A DNA stretch of 64,000 nucleotides, taken from positions 166,534,001-166,598,000 of the forward strand of contig NC_058368.1 of the NCBI RefSeq assembly GCF_018350175.1, read 5' to 3'. Positions 13,626-25,894 of the stretch are shown here, one piece after another. Position numbers and translations under genes: made by a program. The notes below the pieces were generated by a model. That model had not been told where the DNA came from and did no database searches. It was given only the letters and a program-made list of their open reading frames with translations. Within the stretch, counting starts at the first letter, position 1. Each line of letters begins with the position of its first letter. The DNA comes from Felis catus (taxonomy: Eukaryota).

Positions 13626-13968
13626 TGTTAAATTAATTAAACAAAGTGACCATTAGACTGATGTGGTTCTGATGCTGTGGTGGCCTATGTAAATAAGCAA
13701 ACCAAATTCTAAGCCTGTAATGCCTCCAGTTTACCAAACCAAAATGCTAAGGACAACACATCACAAACAGCTAGGCTTTAAGCTGCAGTCAATCAATAAT
13801 TTCCTTACACTGCTTCTGCCTTTTCTCTCTAAAAGTCACTCTCCTAACACCCATCGCTGCCGATGGGACACTCTTAACCACTTCCTGTTTGGAGCTACCC
13901 AATTTAAATACATTTTTGCTCAATTAAACTCTTAAAAGTTTTAATATGCCTCAGCTTCTCTTTTAGTA
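13626..13968 (+). repeat. 5' LTR (MER57/MER93-like start)
   Basis: Begins tgttaaattaattaaac...ccattagactgatgtggttct and aligns along its length with 18156-18488. Confidence 0.9.
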
Positions 13969-13972
13969 GTTC

Positions 13973-13990
13973 TGGAATCAGAAGAGGGAA
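13973..13990 (+). promoter_or_regulatory. Degenerate primer-binding site, tRNA-Leu-like
   Basis: tggaatcagaagagggaa matches TGGTGTCAGAAGTGGGAT (complement of the tRNA-Leu 3' end, recalled) at 14/18, four bases after the LTR. Confidence 0.65.
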
Positions 13991-14459
13991 CTTAGAGTGA
14001 CCGCTGAGAGCCCCCAGGAGCAAGGAGCAACCAGGCTTGAGTACCTGCTCAGCCTCTGGGGCAGCATTAGTCCTCTGTAGTGGGTGGATGAGTGAGTTTC
14101 TGCTAGTTCCTGGATCCTAGTTCTACAACTTTTGCATTATGAGTTTTCAAACTCTGAGCACTGCTTTTTCCACACTGGGTTCAGAAGCCACCACAGTGAG
14201 GCTGAGTCTGACTTGAAAACCTGGTTATAGACTTGGATGGGTCTGACTTAGAACCCGACTGATTCTGGGCATAGGTTCCAGGGTCAGACTGGGTGGGACA
14301 AAGAAACAAGTCTCGTTGAGGGGTCAGACTGGGTATGACTTAAATTGTATCTCAGTACAGTTATTGTTGAAGGTGAGGAGAACTGTTGGGGCAGCCAACT
14401 CACTCCAGAGCCTATAGACAGAAACCTGGGAAAACTGACAAAAGCTGGCAAAAGGTAAG

Positions 14460-14870
14460 ATTTTTTTTGAGAGAAAGAGAGAGATGAGCACAATCTGGGG
14501 AGAGGCAGAGAGAGAGAGAGAGAGAATGAACATTTTCTTTTAATGTTAATTTTTCAGAGAGAGAGCAGGTGCAGGTGGGGGAGAGGCAGAAAGAGAAGGG
14601 GACAGAGGATCTGTCAGGGACAGTGGGCTCTGCACTGACAGCAACCCTGATGTAGGGCTCAAACTCATGAACCCTGAGGTCATGACCCAAGCTGAAGTTA
14701 GGCATTTAATTGACTGAGCCACCCAGGTGCCCTGAGAGGGAATGAGTATCTTAAGCAGACTTCACACCAGTGCAGAACCTGACATTGGGCTCATCTCACA
14801 ACTATGAGATAGGGACCTGAGCCAAGATCAAAAGTCAGAGGGTTGGCTGACTGAGCCATTCAGGTGCCCC
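14460..14870 (-). mobile_element. CanSINE inside the ERV, itself interrupted by a second SINE
   Basis: Tail at 14460-14530, head at 14733-14870, flanks aaaggtaagatt/aaagataagaat. Confidence 0.9.
14533..14732 (-). mobile_element. Inner nested CanSINE
   Basis: Complete antisense SINE ending gccacccaggtgccc, flanks gagagagaatgaacat/gagagggaatgagtat. Confidence 0.9.
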
Positions 14871-15356
14871 AAAGATAAGAATTCTTAATGATGTCAACTC
14901 TCTCAGATGTCTGTGGTGCCTGGTCTAGAGAGGAAGGAAAAATTTCACCTTGTCTCTTCTCTTCCTAATTCAGATTGTCAGGAAAAAAAAAAAATTAGTT
15001 ATTGATCCTTTCTTTCCCAGAGACAGCTATTGCCATATAGTTTGTCTTGTTTTGTGCTCTGAGAACTTGGCTTGCCAACTGTCAGGTTGGGGATCCTCAA
15101 AATATGGCCAGACACAAATGTGGGTTGCATTCCATTTGCAGCTGGAGTCTTAACACTGTTTTTCAGCTCTCAGGAAAATTGCCCAAGTCTTTCTTTTGGT
15201 TATCTTTGGGAGTCTGTGCCAGGAATATTTACTGTTTGCCATGGCTAAAACCCACAAGATACTGATTTTTTTTTTTTCTTTTAAGTAGCTCTGTGGTCAG
15301 AAGTTGGCCAAATTGGAAGCTGATATTTAGGATCTGATAGGAACTTTTAGACCTTC

Positions 15357-15596
15357 TTGCCTAAAACTAAAATGAAACTATGTACCCAAAGAGAAAAAAA
15401 AAATTATGAATCCATTTTGGAAGGATTTCTTAAAACTTTCCAAACAAACACAGGTCTAAATCTAGAACATAGGAATCTTTTGATTTCCATCTTAGTTGAA
15501 GATCTCTCTGGTATAAAAAAGCGAATTGAAGATAATGTAGTCAGATGGGCTGAATCAATTTCTTCACATCATCCAGGTTTCAATAGAATTCGTTGA
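15357..15596 (+). pseudogene. gag: ERV gag (capsid C-terminal-like) remnant
   Basis: ORF-track peptide KLCTQREK...FLKTFQTNTGLNLEHRNLLISILVEDLSGIKKRIEDNVVRWA resembles the class I Gag CA C-terminal region. Position fits gag. Confidence 0.6.
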
Positions 15597-17219
15597 GGAA
15601 TTAAAAACAACTGTTTATCTTACAAATTGAATCTCCAGAAGAACATAAATGTTACTCTAGAAACTATTCAAAGCCCACCTATCCTTTGTACTAATCCCGA
15701 AACACCCGCTACTCTTCCCAAAAGACTTGCAGATATTGTAAAATAGACAGTATCTATGTCTATTTAGGTAAATTATAAGTGTGTGATATTTTTCTAACTC
15801 TAGATGTTATTGCCAAAATTAATTTGTAAAGAGCTCTATTTAATTGGCTTAAAGACAAATAAGTATACAAATCAGGTATACTCTCAGAAATAAACTAACA
15901 CAAATGTTTTTCAAGTTCCTGTGATACAGGATAATCTTCAGTAAATAAAAGCTAGTTCAAGTTTGTTGGTTTAATAAAAACAGAAATGTTTTTAGAGTTA
16001 GCAGCATTAAATACAATACTTTTATTCCACGTAGGTTTCACTGAAAAGCAAGATCATTTCCAAATAAGATAAAATACTGAAACATTAGTTACTGATCACA
16101 GGTTTATTCAGTTTTGGCTTTCTTTTACAGAGGAACTAAAGATATCTGGGTGTATTCATAAACATGTTTTGTGTTACATTGAAAACTATACTGTGAGGAA
16201 GAATAATACTCCTAGAAATTGTGAAATGTACTTATAAATTTACCAATCTGGAGGATACGAGTGTAGCCGACATTCCACAACTTATTTCTTAGTTTCCACT
16301 AGGAATAAATGATTCTAAACGTTCAGAATTCTAATCAATATATGTAATTTAAAACTTGTTTCACCTTGTGTAACATTCTATATTTGCATTTAAAATCTGG
16401 TCACTTTAGTTAAATAGATAATTAAGTATTATTTCATAATGATCTGAGATCCTATTTCATCAAATATTCATAACTTTGACACTTTAAAACTTCCCCAAAT
16501 CACACACACAATTGGGAACATTGGTGGTATTGCTAAGGCTTGACTGGAATGTCATATTTGAAAATATGCATAAAATCAGATATAACCAGACAGTTATAAG
16601 GAGCCAATAAAAGCCCCTTGTAAAACTGTCCTGGTGTCTTACGTACAAAGTTCCTGAGAGGCTTACCAGAGTAAGAAAGGTCACTCACTGGCAGGCCCAG
16701 GAATCTCAGGATACCTTGGGTACCTCAAGAGGAGAGGAATTTGCCCAAATCTATAGGTACTTCAGGTGAAATCTGATGGAGGGTTCTGGGCTTGGCTTCT
16801 TAGACCAGAGTGGCTTTAAAGTCCAATCTAAGATTCCTTATGTAAATTTCTAGCAAAATAGATATTAAAAGAGCCTATGTGGTTAACCACTATTTTTGAT
16901 ACACTTGTGTAAATAATCAGGCCAAGTTTAATGGGACTGGACTTATTTTGCAAACAAATTAGTCTTACTGTGATTATCTTTCATAGAACTGAGGGTGATT
17001 ATAGAGGAAAAATTTTATTTCAACAGAAAATTATAACACAACCTTATAGATATCAGATTCTAAGTCTGTTCATTGTCTCTGAAGTTTTATTATATACCTG
17101 CAAACCAACCTGGATCCCAAATTCTTCTAGTTTCCTCAAATATCTGGCTATAATTCTCCAAACTAATGTTTTTAGTTTTCTCCCACCCTTCTGATTTGGA
17201 ATCATTAAGAATAAAGATG

Positions 17220-17328
17220 GCCGTTGAGCCTCTTTGGAAGGGACCATACCAGGTCCTCCTCACTACCCAGATAGTAACCAAACTTTAGGAACTTGAACCT
17301 TGGATCTATATCCCCCAGTTAAAAAGGG
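17220..17328 (+). pseudogene. pol: ERV integrase C-terminal GPY/F module remnant
   Basis: Translates AVEPLWKGPYQVLLTTQIVTKL*ELEPWIYIPQLKR with one in-frame stop. Confidence 0.88.
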
Positions 17329-17458
17329 TTCTGTCCAACTCTTGGAACCAGCTAGAGATCTAGAAATAAAATAGAGCAGGGAAGTTCCTCCAAGGAGTAG
17401 ACAACATCTTGGGGTGGGTCGGTTGCCCAAGATCAAGGATAAGATGTTCATCTCTAAT

Positions 17459-17945
17459 ATGAAACCTTTATTCCTTTTGCCTTTTTACTATTTGCTTTTT
17501 TCTTTAGTGAATAGGGAGGAAGATCGTGCTCGTCAACCCTGGCAAGTAGTGTTGAATCTACTGCTAAGGCCATAGCAGAAAAAAAAAAAAAAAACCCTAG
17601 ACTTTCTTGCTAAGGTGTTTTTAGATTATAGAATTGCTTTAGCGTACTTACTGGCTGAACAAGGAGGAGTCTGTGCCATAGCAAATACTTCTATCTGTAC
17701 GTAGATCAACATTGCTGGTACTACAGCAAATACAAGAAATAAGCCACTTGGCTGAAACAGATTGATTTCCCTTTCGTTACATTCTTTGATTTATTTGATA
17801 CCAACTGGCTTGGTTCATGGAAATGCTAGCTAAGGAGTGTATGTCAGTCTTTTGGCATTATCCTAATAATTGTTATCATTGTAGTTTCCCTGGTACATTA
17901 TGTTCTGTCAAATGTTTTAAATGAATGTTCACAGCCATCAGCAAT
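17459..17945 (+). pseudogene. env: ERV env remnant: leader, TM ectodomain with immunosuppressive domain, membrane anchor
   Basis: From 17597 it reads LDFLAKVFLDYRIALAYLLAEQGGVCAIANTSICT*IN (ISD plus degenerate CX6CC). Near 17806 it reads WLGSWKC*LRSVCQSFGIILIIVIIVVSLVHYVL. Stops and frameshifts are present. Confidence 0.9.
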
Positions 17946-18155
17946 ACATCAGATGATCTCATTGTGCTTAGAGAAACAGAAACAAGATGAACAATGGGAT
18001 GAACAGCATAAACAATTCTCCCACGAATCTGACATCGTAATGTGAGTTTCACAATGAGACAAGAACAATTTAACTCTGATGGAGACTGAGAGTGGCACCA
18101 GCAGCAAATTTTTGTTTAATCTCTCATGTATGAGAGGATGACCAAGTGAGGGGAA

Positions 18156-18488
18156 TAGTTAAATTGATTAAACAATGAGGCCATTAGACTGATGTGGTTC
18201 TAATGCTGTGATGGCCTAAGTAAGCCAATCAGAATCTAAACCTGTAAATGCCTGAAGCTTATGAAACCAAAATGCTAAAGACAATCAATCACTAATAGCC
18301 AACCACGCTCTAAGCTATAGCCAATCAATAATTTCCTTACTTTGCTCCTACCTTTTGACCATAAAAGTCTCTCCCTGAGCTCCTGAAGCACTCCTGGCCA
18401 CTTCTGACTTGGCACTGTCCAATTCTAATAGATTTTTGCTCAAATAAATTCTCAAAAGTTTTAATATATCTCGGTTTATCTTGTAACA
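18156..18488 (+). repeat. 3' LTR
   Basis: Follows purine tract gaggggaa, contains aataaa, ends ttgtaaca, homologous to 13626-13968. Confidence 0.9.
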
Positions 18489-19739
18489 GGTGTAAATTTC
18501 TCTTTTTGGCCCTTTATTTTATTTTTCCTCTTACTATGTTTATAACATGATGAAATATTTTCCTTAATCTTGAATTGGCTTATGGGAGTCTTCTGTCACT
18601 TGTGCCATTCAATAATAAATAACACAAATATTAATTTAGCATAAGAAGGAAAAACTTTATCCACAACAGTCACTGTTCATTGCCACATGCATTAAATCCA
18701 TATCTCTGAGGCAAGTCAGTATTGATTTCATTCCTACTAATTATCTTATAATGAATATATTTTTAACGATTCCATACTTTTCTTCTAAACAGATGTTTCT
18801 TTAATGGTGTTCTTCTTTTTTTTCTGCTGTTAGAGTGTTTAAATAAGTTGGCACCAATTTGTTAGGTTATAAAACTGGGTACTTTGTTGGAACCAATTTT
18901 GTATTAGCATAAAACTTCAGTACACTTGGTCCTTAGTGTTTCCCCATGGATAGGATGTAGCTTTTCTCACCATTTAATTCTTTCATTCATCAGTGTTTTA
19001 TTTGCAAATTGAGGTTTCTTTGGTGGGTATCTTTTTCTGTGCTAATAGGCTACTAGCCAGTTTTGCCCAAGAATTGTGTAACCCTTCAGGGTTAATTTCA
19101 AAAGCAAAGTAATTCAATTTCCCAGCAATTCCCTAGAAAAGATAAGTACAGGACAGGATGAGTGCAGACATAGAAGCGAGCTTTAAACATTCCTTCTGAG
19201 GTAGACACTCACATATTTATCTCTACCCTTAAACCGTAATTACACAGAATGTTGGAAACAATGGCAGACTCATCACTTGCACTTATTACTGTAGGCACAG
19301 GCCATGTAAGTTGTGAAGGAAAAACTGAAATAACCCAACTGATTCTTTAGCTCATAGGTGAGGTAAGCACGTAACTTTCAAAGTAATTGTTGACCATTTT
19401 TTAAATTTTTGCCATAAAAGCAAATATAGGGTCTCAATAAAATCCATATTTCTGATGAAAAATGCACCTACCCTCTCCAGTTTTACCATCATATCAATTT
19501 TTCATGACTGAATCTGACATTATCTCTTCCCCTCTCCTCTTTTACATGATAAGTGAAATAAACTACAGAGGTAAAAGAAACTTGATGCCTCATGCAAGTT
19601 TCATAGAATAAGGAAGCAGAATTTGCCCTTTTCTCCGTGTTCTCTCTGATAGTGTGACACCATTACATAAGAATAACGTATACATGCCAAACACTGGAAA
19701 TCACTTGATTCTGTGTCACCCTTTATTATTATTACTTTG

Positions 19740-19841
19740 TTTTTATTTTTTAGTTAAACTCTATACCTAGCTTGGGGCTTGAACTGAAGACCCAGAGATC
19801 AAGAGTCATATGTTCTACCAACTGAGCCAGCCAGGCACCCC
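19740..19841 (-). mobile_element. Short tRNA-like CanSINE (SINEC_c-like)
   Basis: gagatcaagagtcatatgttctaccaactgagccagccaggcacccc, TSD ttattattacttt. Confidence 0.88.
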
Positions 19842-20350
19842 TTATTATTACTTTAAAATGACTTTTAAAGGGAAAATTTCATTAAGTAATCCTGGTTTTC
19901 TTTGTACTGTGAAGTAGTCTTTTTAAGTTGCATGGAAATAAAATTAATTTTTTTGAAGATATGGGGAATTGTTTTTCACATGATAGAGAAACAAACCCTC
20001 ATCCTTCAAAAAAGTCACCATTTCCCTTATGACAGATAAAAATATTCATGTGAATATAATTCTGTGAGTAAAATATTACAATTTTAAATTGCATATAATA
20101 ATAGTTTATCACCCTGTGACTTTTTTGGTTTAAAAATGTGGTGTTTATAGAGGGATTTATTGTTTTAACTATGCCTCACTTGCAAAATTCCTAAATTAAC
20201 AGTGAATGCTTAACACAAAAAGTCACAAAAGGTATGTACCATCTTCCCTGATGTGTTAATTGATGTCATCATGTGATTTTCAATAGTTTTCCTTTACAAA
20301 TGTGACATCACAAATCTGTTATGAAGACAATGCCCACTTTTTTTCCTTAT

Positions 20351-20560
20351 TAAAAAAATTGTTTTAATGTCTATTCATTTTTGAGAGAGACAGAGCATGA
20401 GTAGGGGAAGGGCAAAGAGAGAGGGAGACACAGAATCCGAAGCAGGCTCCAGGCTCTGAGCTATGAGCAGAGCCCCGTGTGGAGCTCGAATTCACGAACC
20501 ATGAGATAGTGACCTGAGCCAACATTGGATCCTTAGCCGACTGAGCCACCCAGGCTCCCC
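20351..20560 (-). mobile_element. CanSINE
   Basis: Antisense head gagccacccaggctcccc, TSD tccttattt. Confidence 0.95.
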
Positions 20561-20774
20561 TCCTTATTTTCTAACAGAACCATATTAATCAAATAATTAT
20601 ACCAAACTATAACATCTCTGAGTACATATGAAGAACATCTTCATATCTAATCATATTATTTAAGTTAGATTTCACATATCCTTAAATTAAGCTTTTGGCT
20701 ATTGGACTTTAATCACAAAATTTGTCATGGAAAATCCTTTTCAGAATCTTAATGTGTGTTTTAAAGTCTTACTA

Positions 20775-22110
20775 CGGGAACTTTAAAATTAACACAAAAG
20801 TAAAGAGAATAATGAAACCCACACACCAAAAACCTAGTACATTCTTTCCTCTTGCTGCTGTGAAAGAAAAATAACACAAAGTTGGTAGTTTAAAACACAG
20901 ATTTATTATTTTACAGTTCCAGAGGTCAGAAGTCAGAAATGCATCTCCCTGGGCTAAAAATAGGGACATATTCCCTTTCTGGATTCGAGCGGAGAGAGTG
21001 TTTTCTTGTCTTTCCAGATTGTAGAGTCTGCCTACAGCCTTAGGGGATTATTCCTTGATCATCAAAGCCAGCAACATTACCCCAATTCCTTTTCATATTG
21101 GCCAACTCCCTGGTTCTACCCCTTCTGCTTTCTTATTCTACTTGTAAGAACCTTTATGATTGCATTGGTTCATTCCCCTCTTAACTGTAGGGTCTTCAGG
21201 GAAATTTTTCCATTTCCATGTCGGTTGTTAAGCAAACTTATTTATATCTGCAACATTAATTATCCCTTGCCATATAACAAGATAGTCATAGATTTCCAAG
21301 ATTGAGACCTGGACGTCTTTGGGGGTGTCCTTTTCTTCTTATACATACTGCAGTTACCAATATTTTGCCATTTCATTTATCCCCTTTGCCCCATAACATA
21401 CATATACAAACTTTTTTTTTCATGTGTTGGTTCAGTTTTCTTTCTAAGCAAATCTCAGACTTTACCTCACTGCACCAATAAATGTGAATGTGAATACACA
21501 TTCATTAAAATGTGTATCTCAGTGAATAAGGACATTTTGTTTAAATGTAACCAATAAACAAGTACACAATAAACAAGAATTCTACAGTATCATCTAATAC
21601 CTAGTCTATTTCTCATGTTTTAGGATTGTCTCAAAAGTGTCTTCTCTAATGTTGGAATTGGAATCAAAATGAATTTCACATGTTTGTTGGCTTGATAGGT
21701 ATCTTAAATTTCTTTTACTCTATAATCATTTCCCATTTATGTTTTTTTCACATCATTTAATAGTTGGTGCTACTTAATTGTGTACTCCAGAATTTTCCAA
21801 ACTCTGGGTTTGGCTGATTACAACTTCATAGCATAGTTTAACATGAAACTTTATCCTCCATATTATCTGTAAACTGGTAGTTTCAGAGTCCCCCCCACCA
21901 ACCCCCAAAATACATTACTGTAGTGTGTGTAATTCCTATTGTACCACATTGGCTAATACATGGTATGTGGTTGTCTCAATTTTAGTGATTTTAAGAATGA
22001 GTGTAAGATTCAAGAGTTGTCAGCCTAATCTGTGTGTTAGGTTATAGTGTTCCTCATCAACATTTACCTAATTATTTCAGGTGGAGTTGATAATAGTTGC
22101 ATAGATATTT
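20775..22110 (-). mobile_element. Old L1MC4/5-like 3' UTR fragment, interrupted by an MLT1 LTR
   Basis: aagcaaatctcagac, gtgtatctcagtgaataaggacatt, tatcatctaatacctagtc and tctgtaaactggtagtt motifs. Confidence 0.65.
20836..21347 (-). mobile_element. MLT1-type MaLR solo LTR
   Basis: cacaaagttggtagtttaaaacacagatttattattttacagttccagaggtcagaagtc...ggacgtctttgggg. Confidence 0.85.
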
Positions 22111-23510
22111 TAAGCCCACCTTTTAGGAGCTTCCTCTATCTTCATATTTAACATTGTTCAATGTTCTATAAAAATTGACTTACCACTACTTTCCAGAGAT
22201 TTAACTAGTGGGAAAAAGGGAGGTACTTTGGTAACTGACCAACTTGTCTGCCTACAGAAATATAAGGCTGTCTTAACTCATGGTGCAACTGTCAGTTACA
22301 TTAACTTTGGGTTTCTTATCTATCACAATTTTTATAATGTGTGTTCAAAGAGGATACAACAAAGTAACTGATAATCTTTATGAAATAATATTACTGAGAA
22401 TATTACAATGTCGGAATTTCTATGCTGTGTACATTGGAAGGTATAATTTTTTTTGTTTTCTAGGACAGTATTCACAGAAACTGGATCCACACAAATTGCT
22501 TAGAAAATATTACTTATATTTGTATCATATTGTTTAACTTATTTTTAGGATACCATTATCCTTATTTAGGAGAAGATTGGATGACTTCCTTTTTCTTTCT
22601 GTCTAAAATAACATTAAGGTCTTTTACTATATAACAGCAAGTTTTAGTCACATATTCTAATTATCTAATAAGTGTAAGTATTGTACATGAAATTGCACAA
22701 ATAGCACATATAATTAAATGAAAGTTATTAATTGGCACCCACAATGTCTATATTTATGCTTTATTTTTAGTAAAAATGTAACTTGAAAAATCACCTTTAT
22801 AAATATATGTGTTTTAAGTTGTGGATACTAATTTGATGGTCAAAATGAAAACAAAGAGCTACACTAATCAGTTAATTAGTCATCAAAACAATTTTTCAAA
22901 CTCCCTCACAGGAGAACGAATTTTTTTCATTTCATAGGAATGATAGTGAGAACTTATTAGTATAATATTTGATTGTGCAGTATTCATGAACACGTTCTAT
23001 AATAGTCCTTTGAGAAGTTAGATTTTACATTCCTATTCTTTATTCTTAATTATAGATGCTATAATGGTATAGTCATCAAATATTTTGAACAAAGTATTTA
23101 AAAACCATTTGGTAAGTAAATCGCTCTTATAGTAATCACTTCTTCATATAAGACAAATAATAAACCCTATATTTGACCATATATTCCAAACATTCAAAAT
23201 ATACTTTATCCCGTGTGCATGTTCCCATATCACAATTAGGCATTTGTGACTGATTTTCATGATTCTTTCAAATGCCCATACTTAACTTTTAGTGTGTTTC
23301 CTATTTGTATAAAACACACTTCAGAAATATTTTAGAAGTCATGCTTCATTTTTCATTAATGCGAAACCTTTCAAAGTTTCTCTGTATCTCAACTCACTTA
23401 AATACCAACAATACTGTGTTTTTCTCCTATTTGCTTTGTTCTAATATTAGCAATTGTTCATTCACATTTATTTATAAATTCTCTAAGAGTTTTCACATTG
23501 TGCTTTTTAA

Positions 23511-23711
23511 ATTTTTTAATGTTATTTTTGAGGGAGAGACAGAGAGTGAATGGGGGAGAGGCAAAGAGAGAGGGAGACACAGAATCTGAAGCAGGCTCCA
23601 GGCTCAGAGCTGTCAGCCCAGAGCCCCATGTGGGGCTCAAACCCATGAGCCATGAGATCATGACCTGAGCTGACGTTGGATGCTTAACTGACTGAGCCAC
23701 CCAGGCTCCCC
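23511..23711 (-). mobile_element. CanSINE with TSD
   Basis: TSD tcacattgtgcttttt/tcacattgtgttttt. Confidence 0.95.
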
Positions 23712-23949
23712 TCACATTGTGTTTTTGACGAATCCTAGTACAGTGCCTAGATCATAATATGGAACTATGAAAGAAAACTTACTAAGTTAAATTACTAAAT
23801 CGAGAATATGCCAAATAAAGCCATTGATCATTGATATTTTAAATCCAATGTTTTAACATGTGTTACTAAATTCCACAAAATTTCTAGTGACTCTCATTCC
23901 ATACCGTACTGCCTCTGTAGAATAAATTCTAAAGAATGAGCAGAACTTA

Positions 23950-23951
<2 letters not shown>

Positions 23952-24007
<56 letters not shown>

Positions 24008-24042
24008 GTGTGTGTGTGTGTGTATTATATATATATATATAT
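23952..24042. repeat. Compound (TA)n(TG)n(TA)n microsatellite
   Basis: Directly visible. Confidence 0.97.
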
Positions 24043-24319
24043 AATAGTCCCTAGTTATTTGCATGCACTTTAAGTTAGTCTGGACTATGCTTACAATCAA
24101 TTATAATACTCTTGTTTCCTAGAACACTGAGCTCCAGAACAGATTGCTTTTGCTCTCATCCCATTTTTTCTTTCTCCACTTGCCACTATCTAAAATTATC
24201 TTGCTCCCTTTTGTTTGTTTATTCTTTTGAGGTAGTAATTTAGTTGTTTATTAGCTATATTCCTCACTCCCAAATCCCTCTACACTCCCAAAGCCCCTAG
24301 CCTACACAAAAATATTTCC

Positions 24320-24412
24320 AGAAGAACAGGGACTTGGTTCATCTCATTTATTACTGTATCCCCCAGCTCTTAAGATAGTGCTTGTCACAGAAGACATACT
24401 AAGTAAACATTT
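24320..24412 (+). mobile_element. L2 3' end
   Basis: cagggacttgg...actgtatcccccagctcttaagatagtgcttgtcacagaagacatactaagtaaacattt. Confidence 0.7.
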
Positions 24413-25204
24413 CCTCATAGCTCAGTCTGTGAGATTTTGCATGTCCTTTATTCCTTTTCATTAGTGTTGTGTATACTGTTGTAGGTATAGTGTATCTGAT
24501 TCCCCTTACCATTGAGTTATCATCCAGTTGGCATTACTGATGTCCATATTTTTCTGTTCATTCATTTCAGGCTGAGGTTTCTTAGCACATTAGGAAGTCA
24601 AAACCATTTGTTTCCAGCCTCCTCTGAGCTGAGATGTTGTCCTACTAAATAATGCAAGGCATATGTTACTATTTGTTCTCTTGAAATTGCAGGTGTAGAC
24701 TCTGTTAAAATGAGAAATTGAATGTCCTGTGTTGCTCATTCCTTCATTTTGCTTGTTGAGTCTATCTAAAACTATTTGGAGATGTTGACAACTAATGCAT
24801 TGTTCTATTAAACTCACAGCAGATAGTATTTTAGTACATATAGGTAGCTGTTCATGGATACATTTTTGAACAAGCTATATTCCTTATCTTCATTTCAATA
24901 GTCTTGTCATTTATCCTATTTTTATTTGGAATCAATTTTACTTATGAAAAATATTTGATTTGTAGTTCTTTTCAAATTCAATAAAATATGTTTCTTACTT
25001 TCAAAGTCTTGGAATGTACTAGAATTAATTTATGGATAGTTTTAATGATTATTTTTTTTCAAATCTGTAATGAATCTTTTTTTTTCTTTTTAGCAGTATT
25101 TCTTCTGTGGTTACCTAACATTCTAATTTAATATTTGAAAACCACGAGACCAGCGATGCCACCCTATGTTTTTTTTTTAATGTTTTATTTATCTATTTAA
25201 AAAA

Positions 25205-25426
25205 TTTTTTTTAATTTTTTTTCAACGTTTATTTATTTTTGGGACAGAGAGAGACAGAGCATGAACGGGGGATGGGCAGAGAGAGAGGGAGACACAGAAT
25301 CGGAAACAGGCTCCAGGCTCTGAGCCATCAGCCCAGAGCCTGACGCGGGGCTCGAACTCACGGACCGCGAGATCGTGACCTGGCTGAAGTTGGACGCTTA
25401 ACCGACTGCGCCACCCAGGCACCCCC
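25205..25426 (-). mobile_element. Young SINEC_Fc-type SINE (innermost of a nested stack)
   Basis: CpG-rich gatcgtgacctggctgaag, flanked by aaaaaattttttt on both sides. Confidence 0.96.
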
Positions 25427-25434
25427 CAAAAAAA

Positions 25435-25668
25435 TTTTTTTAATATATGAAATTTATTGTCAAATTGGTTTCCATACAACACCCAGTGCTCATCCCAAAA
25501 GGTGCCCTCCTCAATACCCATCACCCACCCTCTCCTCCCTCCCACCCCCCATCAACCCTCAGTTTGTTCTCAGTTTTTAACAGTCTCTTATGCTTTGGCT
25601 CACTCCCACTCTAACCTCTTTTTTTTTTCTTTTTTCCTCCCCCTCCCCCATGGGTTTCTGTTAAGCAG
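25435..25668 (-). mobile_element. Young feline L1 3' UTR, severely 5'-truncated
   Basis: Nearly identical to 33478-33695 (aatatatgaaatttattgtcaaattggtttccata...ccccatgggtttctgttaag). Confidence 0.95.
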
Positions 25669-25683
25669 GAACCTATTTAAAAA

Positions 25684-25894
25684 TTTTTTAATGTGTTTAT
25701 TTTATTTTTGAAAGAGAGAAACATAGAATGCAAACAGGGGAGGGGCAGAGAGAGAGGGAGACACAGAATCCATAGCAGACTCCAGGCTCTGAGCTGTCAG
25801 CAGAGAGCCCCCCCTCCATGTGGGGTTTGAACCCATGAACCATGAGATCATGACCTGAGACAAAGCTGAGTGACTGAGCCACCCAGACACCCCA
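25684..25894 (-). mobile_element. CanSINE (middle of the nested stack)
   Basis: Antisense SINE ending gagccacccagacacccc. Confidence 0.93.

Larger units (their letters stand above)
13626..18488 (+). mobile_element. Defective class I (ERV1, MER4-group-like) provirus with two LTRs
   Basis: Direct-repeat LTRs, PBS, polypurine tract at 18148-18155, and gag, integrase and env remnants in canonical order. No recognisable protease or RT. Confidence 0.9.

Noticed and set aside
17459..17945. Functional captured env (syncytin-like) gene
   Set aside because: In-frame stops, frameshifts, an A-run expansion, a broken CX6CC and no SU.
19355..19372. Strong splice-donor-like gaggtaagc
   Set aside because: An isolated motif with no supportable upstream acceptor or reading frame, expected by chance in 64 kb.
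19740..19841. tRNA-like sequence (also 4987-5067 and all SINE heads)
   Set aside because: Has an A-rich tail and TSD and a degenerate cloverleaf. It is a tRNA-derived SINE, not a tRNA gene.
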